A stretch of DNA of 64,000 nt, taken from positions 1 to 64,000 of the forward strand of contig JAYUGC010000014.1 in NCBI GenBank assembly GCA_043767805.1, in the 5' to 3' direction. Below the pieces are notes generated by a model. That model was not told the origin of the DNA. It ran no database searches and worked only from the letters and a program-made list of their open reading frames with translations. The DNA comes from Pseudomonadota bacterium (GTDB lineage Bacteria; Bdellovibrionota; FAC87; UBA2466). Of the stretch, positions 1 to 8,931 are shown piece by piece (within the stretch, counting starts at the first letter, position 1; each line of letters opens with the position of its first letter). The position numbers and the translations under genes were made by a program.

Positions 1-146
1 ACTCGGTGGCAGGTGTAGACGCCGCGGGAGCTGAAGACGACTAGATCGCCGCAAAGAATGGCTTCCGGCTTATCCGATTCCACTTCGATAGTGGTGCCGT
101 TGCCAATGGCGGGGGCGAGACACTCACCAAGACAAGTCAGTCGCAT
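1..146 (-). CDS. S24/S26 peptidase-like protein, N-terminal part (runs off window)
   Basis: Own translation from ATG at 146: MRLTCLGECLAPAIGNGTTIEVESDKPEAILCGDLVVFSSRGVYTCHR; matches the G-x-SM-x-P...GD(I/L)VVF...HR pattern of S24/S26-like proteins; overlaps the 3' end of the DUF2064 gene. Confidence 0.5.
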   Translation of the reverse strand, partial: MRLTCLGECLAPAIGNGTTIEVESDKPEAILCGDLVVFSSRGVYTCHR

Positions 147-828
147 CAGGATCCTCCTCGCGCTCACGCGCCCAAGCCGCCAGCCGCGCGAGCCCCCGGG
201 ACAAGCCCGGATAATTGGCGAGCCGGCGCGCGAGCCTTTCCAAATCGCCCGCGTTGTCGATGTCGTCCAAAAGGGGAAGCCAGCGGCAAGTGCCGAGGCG
301 GCTCATTTCGCGCGCGAGCACATGAGAGGCGGTCGGGGTGCTGAGCGGAATCGCCTTCCATACCGACTCGGGCAAATCGAGATTGGAGCCCGCGAGATAA
401 AAGCCGCCGTCCGCCGCGGGCCCGATGACCGAGCCGGGGTTTTGCAAAGCGCGCCAGGCGCCCAGCCACATGCCGGGAGTGGCTTCCGGCGAATCGGTCG
501 CCGCGATGACGACGGAGCGGTGAGTTTTTCTCAAGGTTTGATATACGTGATGCATCCGCTCGGCGAAGCTTCCCTCGCCTTGAGAGACGATGGGGAAACC
601 TTCCCACGCGGCCGCGGCTTCGGGCCCGCTCTCCGCCACGGCCCAATACGGCGTCAAACGATCCGGAAAGCGGCGCACGCAAGCGGCGAGCGATTCCGCC
701 ATGGCTTTCGCCGACAAGCGATGAAAAATCTGCGCGTGGCGCTCGCCGATGCCTTCCGCCAAACGCGTCTTCACGGGCGAGTGCCCTGGTGTCTTCACTA
801 GGAGTGCGACGGCGGTAGTGGCGTTCAT
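124..828 (-). CDS. DUF2064 / TIGR04282-family glycosyltransferase-like protein
   Basis: Motifs KTPGHSPVKTRLA, QGEGSFAERM, ATDSP, IGPAADGGFYL, LDDID. Confidence 0.85.
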   Translation of the reverse strand: MNATTAVALLVKTPGHSPVKTRLAEGIGERHAQIFHRLSAKAMAESLAACVRRFPDRLTPYWAVAESGPEAAAAWEGFPIVSQGEGSFAERMHHVYQTLRKTHRSVVIAATDSPEATPGMWLGAWRALQNPGSVIGPAADGGFYLAGSNLDLPESVWKAIPLSTPTASHVLAREMSRLGTCRWLPLLDDIDNAGDLERLARRLANYPGLSRGLARLAAWAREREEDPDATDLSW

Positions 829-904
829 TGAAGGCGTGGGGACAGGCTACCGCCCCGAGACGTGGTCTTCAAGCGAATCGCTTGAGCGCCGCGGCAATCA
901 CTCT

Positions 905-1153
905 TTAAGGAGAGATGGGGCGGGGCGCGAAGCGAACGATATTGCTGGCGGGAAGCGGCGCCGCGCTGAGCGCCTGCGGCTCATTCAAGGCCCGTTCGGC
1001 GACGCGCACGCCTTGCACCAGTTGATCGAAGGCTTCTCGCGAGAGCTTCACCGTCACCGGTCCGACCCCGAGGTACACCATCCCGCAATCACAGAGATCG
1101 ATGTGGGCTACGCCGAGTCTCGCCAGTGGTTTCAAACCTTTTCCGTGTTCCAT
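905..1153 (-). CDS. Small hypothetical protein with H-x3-CxC motif
   Basis: 82-aa ORF, RBS-like GGGAGA upstream, HIDLCDCGMVYLGVGPVTVKL. Confidence 0.65.
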   Translation of the reverse strand: MEHGKGLKPLARLGVAHIDLCDCGMVYLGVGPVTVKLSREAFDQLVQGVRVAERALNEPQALSAAPLPASNIVRFAPRPISP

Positions 1154-1188
1154 GCAATTCTCCCTATGTCTGGTAGCTTATCAAAGTT

Positions 1189-1207
1189 GATAATGAGTAT
1201 CAATATC
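1189..1207. promoter_or_regulatory. Fur box
   Basis: GATAATGAGTATCAATATC, 16/19 match to GATAATGATAATCATTATC, in the AT-rich gap between divergent genes, one of them a flavodoxin. Confidence 0.8.
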
Positions 1208-1334
1208 GTAGTCGTCAATCGGGTATTTCCGCCTCACCGTGCCGGGTAGGGACCGGAAATTGCTTGAATTTCCCCTTCAAACCGGTAAGTTTTTTGCGCA
1301 CACTTTTTCGAACGGAAATATGGGAGGCGTGGCT

Positions 1335-2498
1335 GTGAGCCTGTTCGGTAAGCGCAAGTCTTTGGGTCCCCTGGAAGTCGGTTTATGCCGGGGCAATCGC
1401 CCGGGACACCTCGGAGCTTGGGCCAAGTTCGCCCCGGAAGCCGCCCCCGCGGAAGTGTTTCAGCTGCGTTTCACGGCCTCGAGCCGCTCGGGCGGCGTGC
1501 AGCTCGCGCCCTGGAGCTACACTTTCTCGCCGGCGCATTCCGTGCCCTTTTTTCACTCGCTGGAAACGCCCTATCCCTTCAAAGAATTTTTGACCGGCGC
1601 CCGTCACGTCAATGAAGGCTCGGTCACCGTCGAATTTCTCGTTTCCGCAGAGCGGGTCGTCACGCAGACTTACCCCGTCGCGGAAGTCTTGAAGCTTTAC
1701 CGCGGCAAGGGACTCAGCGCGCCCGAAGGTGTCAAGGAGGCGATTCCTTATCAAACCCCCGACGAGCCCTACCTGGGTGCGTTGTCTTTCGGTGAGCTGA
1801 AAACCAATAGCGACAAGGCCCGCGCCGCCGCCGAAGCGGAAAAGCAGGGCAAAGAGCAGGAAGCCAAAGCCGCGGCGGATGCCGCCGCCAAAGCGGCCGC
1901 CGACGAAGCCGCGAAAAAAGCCGCCGCCGCCTCATCTGCCTTGGGGGCGCCAGCCGCCGCCGCGAAGCCCGGTGGTCCCACGATCTCCGGCGGAAAGTGC
2001 GCGATATTCTTCGGCTCCACCACCAACAATACGGCGGACATCGCGGCGGCCATCAAGGAGCAGCTCGGCTCCTCGGTGGATCACATGGTGAACGTGGCCT
2101 CTTGCAGCCCCAAGGATTTCGAAGTGTGCGAGATTATGATTCTCGGCGTGCCCACCTGGCACATCGGCGAGATGCAGGACGACTGGGCCGGCATTCTGCC
2201 CGCGCTTAAAGAAGGCAATTACGCCGGCAAGAAGATTGCGGTCTTCGGCCTGGGCGATCAAAAGGGCTATCCCGAGACCTACGTGGACGCCATGGGCGAG
2301 TTGCTGGAGCCGTTCGAGGCCAAGGGCGCGAAACTTTTCGGCCTCTGGCCGACCAACGGATACGATTTCAAAAAGTCGAAGGGCATGCGGGACGGTAAGT
2401 TCCTGGGCCTCGTCATCGACATCGAGAACCAAGCCGACAAAACTCCCGCCCGCGTGAAAGCGTGGTGCGATCAGCTCCGTAAAGAGCTGGGACTCTAG
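1335..2498 (+). CDS. Long-chain flavodoxin fused to an unknown N-terminal domain through an Ala/Lys/Glu-rich linker
   Basis: C-terminal GSTTNNT, PTWHIGEMQDDW, FGLGDQKGYPETYVDAM; GTG start chosen at 1335 after GGAGG. Confidence 0.85.
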   Translation: MSLFGKRKSLGPLEVGLCRGNRPGHLGAWAKFAPEAAPAEVFQLRFTASSRSGGVQLAPWSYTFSPAHSVPFFHSLETPYPFKEFLTGARHVNEGSVTVEFLVSAERVVTQTYPVAEVLKLYRGKGLSAPEGVKEAIPYQTPDEPYLGALSFGELKTNSDKARAAAEAEKQGKEQEAKAAADAAAKAAADEAAKKAAAASSALGAPAAAAKPGGPTISGGKCAIFFGSTTNNTADIAAAIKEQLGSSVDHMVNVASCSPKDFEVCEIMILGVPTWHIGEMQDDWAGILPALKEGNYAGKKIAVFGLGDQKGYPETYVDAMGELLEPFEAKGAKLFGLWPTNGYDFKKSKGMRDGKFLGLVIDIENQADKTPARVKAWCDQLRKELGL

Positions 2499-2561
2499 GC
2501 TTTAGGTCTTTCGCGGACGAGGGCTTATTATTTTCGCATTTCCCTTTAGAGGAGATCCACC

Positions 2562-5000
2562 ATGTCCACCCCTGTCGCCGTGAAACCGAAAAAAAGCTGG
2601 CCGAAGAAGCTCGGCATTGCCGCCGGAGTCTTTTTTGGGCTCCTGCTGCTAGCGATGATCGTGGTTCCCCTGGTGGTAGACGTGGACTCCTACCGGCCCC
2701 AAATCGTGCAGACCGCAAACGAGAAGATCAACGGCAAGCTCGAGATGGGAAAGCTGACGCTGTCTCTTTGGGGCCAGATTAAAGTCGTGGTCGATGGTTT
2801 CTCGCTCACCGACTCCGCCGGAAGAAAAGTCGTCGCCGCGAAAGACGTCTACTTCCATCTGCCTTTTCTCTCCATTTTCTCCGGCTCCCCGGTGCTCACT
2901 TTCAAGATGAGTCACCCCGAGGTGAACGTCGTGAAAGACCGGGCCGGAAAGATGAACGTGATGACGCTCGTGAAAAAGGAGCCTCCCGGCTCGGTCCCGA
3001 CGGCCGCTCCCGCGGCTTCCGGCGGCGGGCTGAAATCATTGCCGGGGGTCGTGACCTCGGCCCGGCTCGGCGTCGAGCTGAGTGACGCGAACCTCGCCTA
3101 CACGGATCTCGCCACCGATCTGGTGAGCAAAGTGGAAAAGCTGAACGTGCAGGTGAAAGACATTTCGCTTTCTCGCACGATGAAAATCGCCGTGTGGGCC
3201 GATCTCGATACCCGCATGGGCAAGCTCCTCTCGGTGAAAGGCCCCTTTCGGCTGACCGGCGAAGTGGCGCCTACCTTTCAAGGCACCGAATTTCAGTCGG
3301 CGACTCTAGAGATGAACGCCGACGCGAACGGGGTCGCCATCTCGGCATCCGATCTCTTCATCAAGAAGGCGGGCCTTGCCACCAACGCGCAAGCGAAGCT
3401 GAAAGTGACGATGGACTCCGTCGTCATCGAGAGATTAGAAGCGAACTTTCACAACGCGAAGCTCACCGCGAAGGGCGGCATGTCCGGTCTTTCGAAAACC
3501 GAAGCGGATCCCACCTTCGACTTTCAATTTCAAAGTAACGACATCGCCTTTGGGCCGTGGACCGAGCTCGTGCCGATGCTGAAGGACTATCAGCTCGAAG
3601 GTTCGGCCCTCATGAAGGGCAATGCTTCGGGCACGGCGAAAAAGCCGGAGTACGCCATCGATCTCGCCGCCAAGAACGTGAAGGCCGCGGCGCCCATGCT
3701 CAAAGCCAAGCCTGAGTTCCAGGCGATGATGAAAATCGTCACCGATCAGGTAAAGCAGATGTCTCTCTCCATGAAAGCGCCGGGCAATCAGCTCGCGGTC
3801 AATGGTTCGGTGCTATCTTTCACGAGGCCGCATTTCGAAGTGGCCGTCACCTCCACGGGCCTGGATCTCGATCAGCTCATTGACTTGCCGAAGCCTGCCC
3901 CCAAGGGCAAGGACGCCGCTCCCGCGGCGCCCGCGAAGACCGCGGACGGCAAACCGGCGCCGGCGGCGGATTTCGACCAGATGGTCGATCCTTTACGCAA
4001 AAACGAAATCGCCGCGGCGGCTCGCGGCAACATCAAGTTCAATCTCCCGCTCCTGAAAATTCACGAGGTCGCCATGACCGAGATGAACGGCGTCATGACG
4101 ATGAAAGATCTGGCCATTGCGCTCGATAAGTTCGCGGTGAAAATGTTCGGCGGCAGCATCCAAGCGACGTTTGGAACGCAGCTGAGACCCAAGACGCCCA
4201 CCTATCGTTTCTCGACGAACGTCGCGAACCTGAGCCTGCAGAAAGCGGTCGAAAGCCAGTTTGCGTTCTTGAAGAACACTCTACTCGGCACGGCCGACTT
4301 CAAGATGGAAGGCACGGGCGCGAGCTTCAATCCGGAACCCGCGAAGCGCAACCTCGCGGCCAAGGGCAGCATGAAGGTCGCCAACGGTTCGTTTGCCACC
4401 GTCGACGTGGGTCGCCTGGCGGCGGACGCCTTGAACGGCTCCATCGCGAAAGCCGCCGAGAAGCTCGCGGCGCTCAAAGGCAAGAAGGTGAACCCGCCCG
4501 GCAATACGGAAGCGGCGTACGAGAGCATTTCCTCCGATTTCACCATCGCGGGCGGCAAGTTCAACGCGCCTAATTTCTCGGCTGTCTCCAAACCCGGTAA
4601 AGGCATCGATCTGAAAGGCTCGACGGTCGTCGACATCACCAACTACGGCCTAGACGCCAGCTGGGAAATCATCGACACCCACAATCTCACGCACGCGAGA
4701 GACATCTCGGTGACCGAGCAGGGCGTAATCGTGAACAACATCCTCGCCGAGAACGGTGGCATCGTGAAGTTCCCGGTGAAGGTGACCGGCACTTGCTTCG
4801 AGCCGAAGATAAACTACACGGCGGTTCCCGAGGCGCTCGCGAAAGTGGCGTTCAACAACGTCGCCCGCGCGGCCGGCGACAAAGTGAAGGCGGAAGCCTC
4901 CAAAGCCGTCGAGCAGCAGATCCAAAAGGCGGCCGGCAACGCCCCTCCCCAAGTCCAACAAGCCCTCAAAGGCCTTGGCAAAAAACTTTTCGGCAAATAG
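2562..5000 (+). CDS. AsmA-family protein
   Basis: 812 aa, single N-terminal TM then VDVDSYRPQI, beta-rich body; GGAG RBS. Confidence 0.8.
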   Translation: MSTPVAVKPKKSWPKKLGIAAGVFFGLLLLAMIVVPLVVDVDSYRPQIVQTANEKINGKLEMGKLTLSLWGQIKVVVDGFSLTDSAGRKVVAAKDVYFHLPFLSIFSGSPVLTFKMSHPEVNVVKDRAGKMNVMTLVKKEPPGSVPTAAPAASGGGLKSLPGVVTSARLGVELSDANLAYTDLATDLVSKVEKLNVQVKDISLSRTMKIAVWADLDTRMGKLLSVKGPFRLTGEVAPTFQGTEFQSATLEMNADANGVAISASDLFIKKAGLATNAQAKLKVTMDSVVIERLEANFHNAKLTAKGGMSGLSKTEADPTFDFQFQSNDIAFGPWTELVPMLKDYQLEGSALMKGNASGTAKKPEYAIDLAAKNVKAAAPMLKAKPEFQAMMKIVTDQVKQMSLSMKAPGNQLAVNGSVLSFTRPHFEVAVTSTGLDLDQLIDLPKPAPKGKDAAPAAPAKTADGKPAPAADFDQMVDPLRKNEIAAAARGNIKFNLPLLKIHEVAMTEMNGVMTMKDLAIALDKFAVKMFGGSIQATFGTQLRPKTPTYRFSTNVANLSLQKAVESQFAFLKNTLLGTADFKMEGTGASFNPEPAKRNLAAKGSMKVANGSFATVDVGRLAADALNGSIAKAAEKLAALKGKKVNPPGNTEAAYESISSDFTIAGGKFNAPNFSAVSKPGKGIDLKGSTVVDITNYGLDASWEIIDTHNLTHARDISVTEQGVIVNNILAENGGIVKFPVKVTGTCFEPKINYTAVPEALAKVAFNNVARAAGDKVKAEASKAVEQQIQKAAGNAPPQVQQALKGLGKKLFGK

Positions 5001-5002
5001 CC

Positions 5003-5092
5003 AAAAGGTGTGTGGATACTTTTAGCTAGGCAGCCGCCTCGCGAAAATACGCACGCGTTTTTTCAGCCGCTAAAAGTATCCACACACCTTTT
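5003..5092. repeat. REP/REPIN-like inverted doublet
   Basis: AAAAGGTGTGTGGATACTTTTAGC (5003-5026) and its exact reverse complement (5069-5092). Confidence 0.9.
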
Positions 5093-5516
5093 AGCCGGCG
5101 ATGGGTTGGGGGATGGCAATGGGGCGTCGGAGGGCGAGGGCCGCGCGCTGATAGGCCATGGCCCATTCGCGAGAGAGCTCGCCGGTCCAGGCGTCTTTGC
5201 GGGCGGAGGCGAGGGTGCGAAGCCAGGTTTCGCCGAGGGCCGCGAAGTGCACGTTTCTCACGCCGTTTTGGCGGAGCGAGCGGGCGTAAGGAGCCAGTTC
5301 CCGCGCGAGCTCGTCGGGATCTTCCAAGTGTTCGAGAATGAGGCGAAGGGCTTGGGCGGTCGCGCGCTCGAGATTTCCGGCGGCGAACGCGGGGAGCAGG
5401 CGCTTCATTTCGGGGTAAGTCTCAAACAGCAGACCATAGAAACGCGCGACGATCTCTTCCTCGGAAACTCCGAGCAACTTGAAAGAGTCCCGCACCAGTT
5501 TCGTGTTGATCGCCAT
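5091..5516 (-). CDS. Single-domain globin-like protein (proximal His absent)
   Basis: VRDSF...RFYGLLFETYPEMKRL...GVRNVHFAALGE...WTGELSREWAMAY follows the flavohaemoglobin-type globin pattern. Confidence 0.8.
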   Translation of the reverse strand: MAINTKLVRDSFKLLGVSEEEIVARFYGLLFETYPEMKRLLPAFAAGNLERATAQALRLILEHLEDPDELARELAPYARSLRQNGVRNVHFAALGETWLRTLASARKDAWTGELSREWAMAYQRAALALRRPIAIPQPIAG

Positions 5517-5534
5517 CCTTCTTCTCCCCCTACT

Positions 5535-5561
5535 TTGTCGGCGGAAGCGAGGCTGGTCTTA
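5535..5561 (-). promoter_or_regulatory. sigma-28 (FliA)-type promoter
   Basis: Minus strand TAAG-N15-GCCGACAA just upstream of the globin RBS. Confidence 0.6.
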
Positions 5562-5588
5562 AGGATTCTTAACAGGGCAAAGAACGCC

Positions 5589-6371
5589 TCAGCGATGGGC
5601 GAGGCTGTTAAATTGCCGCGTCGGGCGAGTGTCTTTGCGGAGCGCTGCGCCAAATTCTTCCAGATTGCCCGAATTTCTCAAGGAATCCCGCAACGCGATC
5701 AGGCTTTTGACCTGGTCTCGGTGATGGCTCGGCAGCGAGTCGAGGGTCGCTTTCGAAACTTTGACCAAGCCCGCCTCGGGTTGCGCCTTCAGCGCCATTT
5801 CAAAGGCGCGGTGTTCTTTTTCCCGGAGGCCCTGGCCGGGCTCTGCAGCGAGGGCGGCATAGGCTTCGCCGTAGCTCACCAAAAGCTCCGCCGTCTCGCG
5901 AGAGACCGCGAGGGCTTCCTTCGTGAAAATCTGATTGCCCCAGGCGCTTTCCTTGTCGCGGTTCTGCCAGCCCTCGATCTCACCCTTCAAGGCGACGAGC
6001 GCGCCTTTGGTGTTGGCCGTGAGCGAGTTGCGATTGGGGAGAAGGGTGCGCAACCGGGCGAGAAGCGACTTCTGATCGTCGCGCCATTTCGTGAGCGGTT
6101 CTTCCCACTGCGCTTTTTGCGCCTCGGTCTTCGGCAGTACTGAGTCGAGGCTCGCCGCGGGGACACCGCCAAACACGGTCGTGAAATCGATGACGGCAAG
6201 AGCGGGAAGTTCTTGAGAAGGGGACTCGACGGATTGAGGTGCCCGAGGTCTCGCGAGAGCGGAGCCGGGGTCGTTCGAATGAGAGGGAGGCACGGCCAAA
6301 GCCTCGCCTAGCGAGCCCGCCATCACTCCTACTACTGCCACCGTCCACATCCACAACATCCGCATCTTCAT
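5589..6371 (-). CDS. Secreted hypothetical protein, helical
   Basis: Signal peptide MKMRMLWMWTVAVVGVMAGSLGEALA; GGAAGGA RBS. Confidence 0.65.
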   Translation of the reverse strand: MKMRMLWMWTVAVVGVMAGSLGEALAVPPSHSNDPGSALARPRAPQSVESPSQELPALAVIDFTTVFGGVPAASLDSVLPKTEAQKAQWEEPLTKWRDDQKSLLARLRTLLPNRNSLTANTKGALVALKGEIEGWQNRDKESAWGNQIFTKEALAVSRETAELLVSYGEAYAALAAEPGQGLREKEHRAFEMALKAQPEAGLVKVSKATLDSLPSHHRDQVKSLIALRDSLRNSGNLEEFGAALRKDTRPTRQFNSLAHR

Positions 6372-6404
6372 GAACTCGGTCCTTCCGTATTCAATAGAGA
6401 ACTT

Positions 6405-6420
6405 TGCATCGGCCATGCCA
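6405..6420 (-). promoter_or_regulatory. sigma-54 promoter
   Basis: Minus strand TGGCATGGCCGATGCA (GG-N10-GC), 34 nt upstream of the start codon. Confidence 0.6.
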
Positions 6421-6599
6421 CTTTATCCAAGGCTAAGCGCGGCGGGCGGAATGTCCGTATTCCCGACGGAAATGCCCCGTGCCTTTTTGGAATACATCGG
6501 AGTTCGGCGAGCTTGAGAGGCATTGACTGGGTTTCAGGCGGTGCCTGCGGCGTCGTCGGCTACATTGCCGCTTCCACTTCCCTCTGCTAAACCTCGTCG

Positions 6600-7493
6600 A
6601 TGGTTTCCTTTCCGCTCATAGGCGAGCTCGCGTCACTCGGCGCCGCCCTCGTTTGGTCCGCGTCCATGACGGGCTTTCGTCGGTACGGCACGGGCTTTCC
6701 GGCGAGAGAGACCAATCTTTTCAAGAACGGCGTGGCGGTCATCGGGCTCGCCCTGATGCTGCTCGTGATGGGAGCCGTCTGGCCCACGCGCTCCTCCACC
6801 TGGACGCTGCTCATCGTATCGGGGCTCATCGGCATCGCGCTCGGCGACACGGCATTTTTCGCCGCTCTCTCCCGGCTGAACACTCAAGTGACGGCCGTCG
6901 TCCAATGTTTGAGTCCGGTCACGGCCGCAGTGCTGGCGTGGATGTGGCTGGGCGAGTCGCTCAGGTGGAACGAGATCGCGGGCATCTCGGTCACCATGGC
7001 CGCCGTCGCGGGCGCCATCTGGCTGGGCGGGCATGCGAAGACCATTCGAAGGGAACATTGGCGCGCGGGCCTGGGCTTTGCCGTCTTGTCCGCGGTCTCA
7101 AACGGCGCGGGAATCGCGATTGCGAGAAGCGCATTTCAGGAAGTCGACGCGGTCCTGGGCACTTTCATCCGGGTGACGGCGGCGGTGATCGTGCTCGTCC
7201 CTATCGTACGGCTCAAGCGGCCGACTGGATTTAAGTATGCTCACGTGCTCCGGCCCTGGCGCCGTGGGTTTGGCCTTTTGCTGTCGGCCTTGGGAGGGTC
7301 GTTTCTGGGATTGCTCCTCATGTCGGTGGGAATCAAGTACGCGAAGGCGGGAGTGGCGGCGGCCTTAAGCCTCACTTATCCCATTTGGATTCTCCCGCTC
7401 TCGAGGATTTTTCTCGGCGAGAAATCGACGAAGCTCGGCATCGTCTTCATCTTGCTCGCCGTTTTCGGCGCGGCCCTGATGTTCTATCAGTGA
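6600..7493 (+). CDS. DMT/EamA-family transporter
   Basis: About 10 hydrophobic segments in two repeats; WLGESL and FLGEK motifs. Confidence 0.9.
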   Translation: MVSFPLIGELASLGAALVWSASMTGFRRYGTGFPARETNLFKNGVAVIGLALMLLVMGAVWPTRSSTWTLLIVSGLIGIALGDTAFFAALSRLNTQVTAVVQCLSPVTAAVLAWMWLGESLRWNEIAGISVTMAAVAGAIWLGGHAKTIRREHWRAGLGFAVLSAVSNGAGIAIARSAFQEVDAVLGTFIRVTAAVIVLVPIVRLKRPTGFKYAHVLRPWRRGFGLLLSALGGSFLGLLLMSVGIKYAKAGVAAALSLTYPIWILPLSRIFLGEKSTKLGIVFILLAVFGAALMFYQ

Positions 7494-8885
7494 TTAAGGC
7501 TCGACGCCTTTATGCTCGGGCGCCGTGTTGGCGGGAAGGGCCGAAGTGGCTTGACCCGCGTCGGGCTGGACGGTGCCCGGATAGAACTGCAGCGAGAACT
7601 TTTTGATATTGGGAAAGTATTGCCGATAGGTTTTCGTGGACTCGTTGTGCATCCAAACGCAGGCCCGCGCTTCCGACGGAGGGAATTCCCACATTAGAAC
7701 GTGCTCGGTGTCGCGGATGGGGTATTGGCTCGGGCGAGAGCGCTCTTTCCACTTCATCTTGCTCACGGGACCCTTGAAGCCGGTTTCCTGAAGGTAAACC
7801 TGGACGCCCGACTCGTAATCGGAGGCCCGCATTTGGCCTCCAAAGCCGTAGGTGAGCTCGTGGTGTTTTGCTCTAAAATCCTTGAGGGTCTTATGGGCGG
7901 CTTCGATGCTGGCTTCTTTTTCGGCGATTTCCGCGTCGATTTCCTTGCGGCCGGTACGGGGGATACCTCTTCTCTTTTCGTAGAGTTCATTGAGGGGCGC
8001 GACCCGGGAATTGTAAGCATCGAGCAATTTTTTGGACTCGACGAAAAGCTTGTCGTTTTCCTCGGCGAGGGCTTTGAGACGTTTGCTTTTCGCCTCGGGG
8101 AATTCCCCTTTGCCCATCGCGGCCAGCGCTTTTTCGAGGTAAAGCGTGGCGAGCTCTTTCACCTTTTCGATATTCGCGTTCAAGGCGTCCCCTTCGCCGT
8201 GGGGCTCGAACTCGAGATAGGGGCGTCCGTGGTCGGCTTCGTTGCAGAAATAGCCGGCGAGCTCGATGGGAGAAACTTCCCCGTTATGGTCCGTGTCGGT
8301 GCGATCGAACTTGTCGGGATCGCAGTAAAGCTCGGCCATGGCTTGAGTCGCCGGATCGAGGGTGCCCGGCCACTCACGGGCAATCTCGTTCGCCTGACAG
8401 ATTCCGCCGACGCAATAGCCCTGGGTGTTGTCGCAAGCCGCTCCTGCGTGGCACGCGGAGATCCAATAAGCGGGCTGGGCGGAGCCGACTTTCAACACGC
8501 TCATCAAGTCTTCCGTCTTGAAGTTGTGGACCTTTTGCCGAGGCGTGCTGATGCGATGGGGCTCGCTCGTTTTTCCCATTTCCATGCCATGGCCGAGCAC
8601 GAAGACGGGGGTGCCCGCGGGTAAAACTCCGTCTTTTATTTTCTCTTCGACTTTGGCTTTTGCCTCTTCGGGCAAAGCGTCGTCGGGTATGTCGATGAGA
8701 GTGAGGGGAGGCTTACAATCTTCTTTGAGCTTCTTCTTAAGTGCCTTGCAGGCGGGCCCGCGGTTGCCGTAACAGACGACGACCGCGTGACGGGTTTTCT
8801 CCTTCTTTTCGCCCATAACTTTCGGCTCGGCGTGAGCAAGACAGGTTACCAGCATCGATAGAAAGAGGATTCGCACGGTAGGCAT
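7494..8885 (-). CDS. Secreted caspase/legumain-like (clan CD) cysteine peptidase with EF-hand
   Basis: Signal peptide from ATG 8885; VFVLGHG and YWISACHAG His/Cys dyad motifs; DTDHNGEVSPIE EF-hand. Confidence 0.55.
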   Translation of the reverse strand: MPTVRILFLSMLVTCLAHAEPKVMGEKKEKTRHAVVVCYGNRGPACKALKKKLKEDCKPPLTLIDIPDDALPEEAKAKVEEKIKDGVLPAGTPVFVLGHGMEMGKTSEPHRISTPRQKVHNFKTEDLMSVLKVGSAQPAYWISACHAGAACDNTQGYCVGGICQANEIAREWPGTLDPATQAMAELYCDPDKFDRTDTDHNGEVSPIELAGYFCNEADHGRPYLEFEPHGEGDALNANIEKVKELATLYLEKALAAMGKGEFPEAKSKRLKALAEENDKLFVESKKLLDAYNSRVAPLNELYEKRRGIPRTGRKEIDAEIAEKEASIEAAHKTLKDFRAKHHELTYGFGGQMRASDYESGVQVYLQETGFKGPVSKMKWKERSRPSQYPIRDTEHVLMWEFPPSEARACVWMHNESTKTYRQYFPNIKKFSLQFYPGTVQPDAGQATSALPANTAPEHKGVEP

Positions 8886-8931
8886 GGAAACTAAATTATA
8901 CCGGCATAACGGGGGTAGGCGGGAGAGGAAA

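Noticed and set aside
1820..1970. GCC-rich tandem-like repeats
   Set aside because: Explained by the Ala-rich linker codons of the flavodoxin fusion
5010..6143. Long plus-strand ORF (377 aa), and similar antisense ORFs such as 43694-45136 and 47994-49079
   Set aside because: Shadow ORFs opposite well-supported genes in GC-rich DNA, with no recognisable motifs
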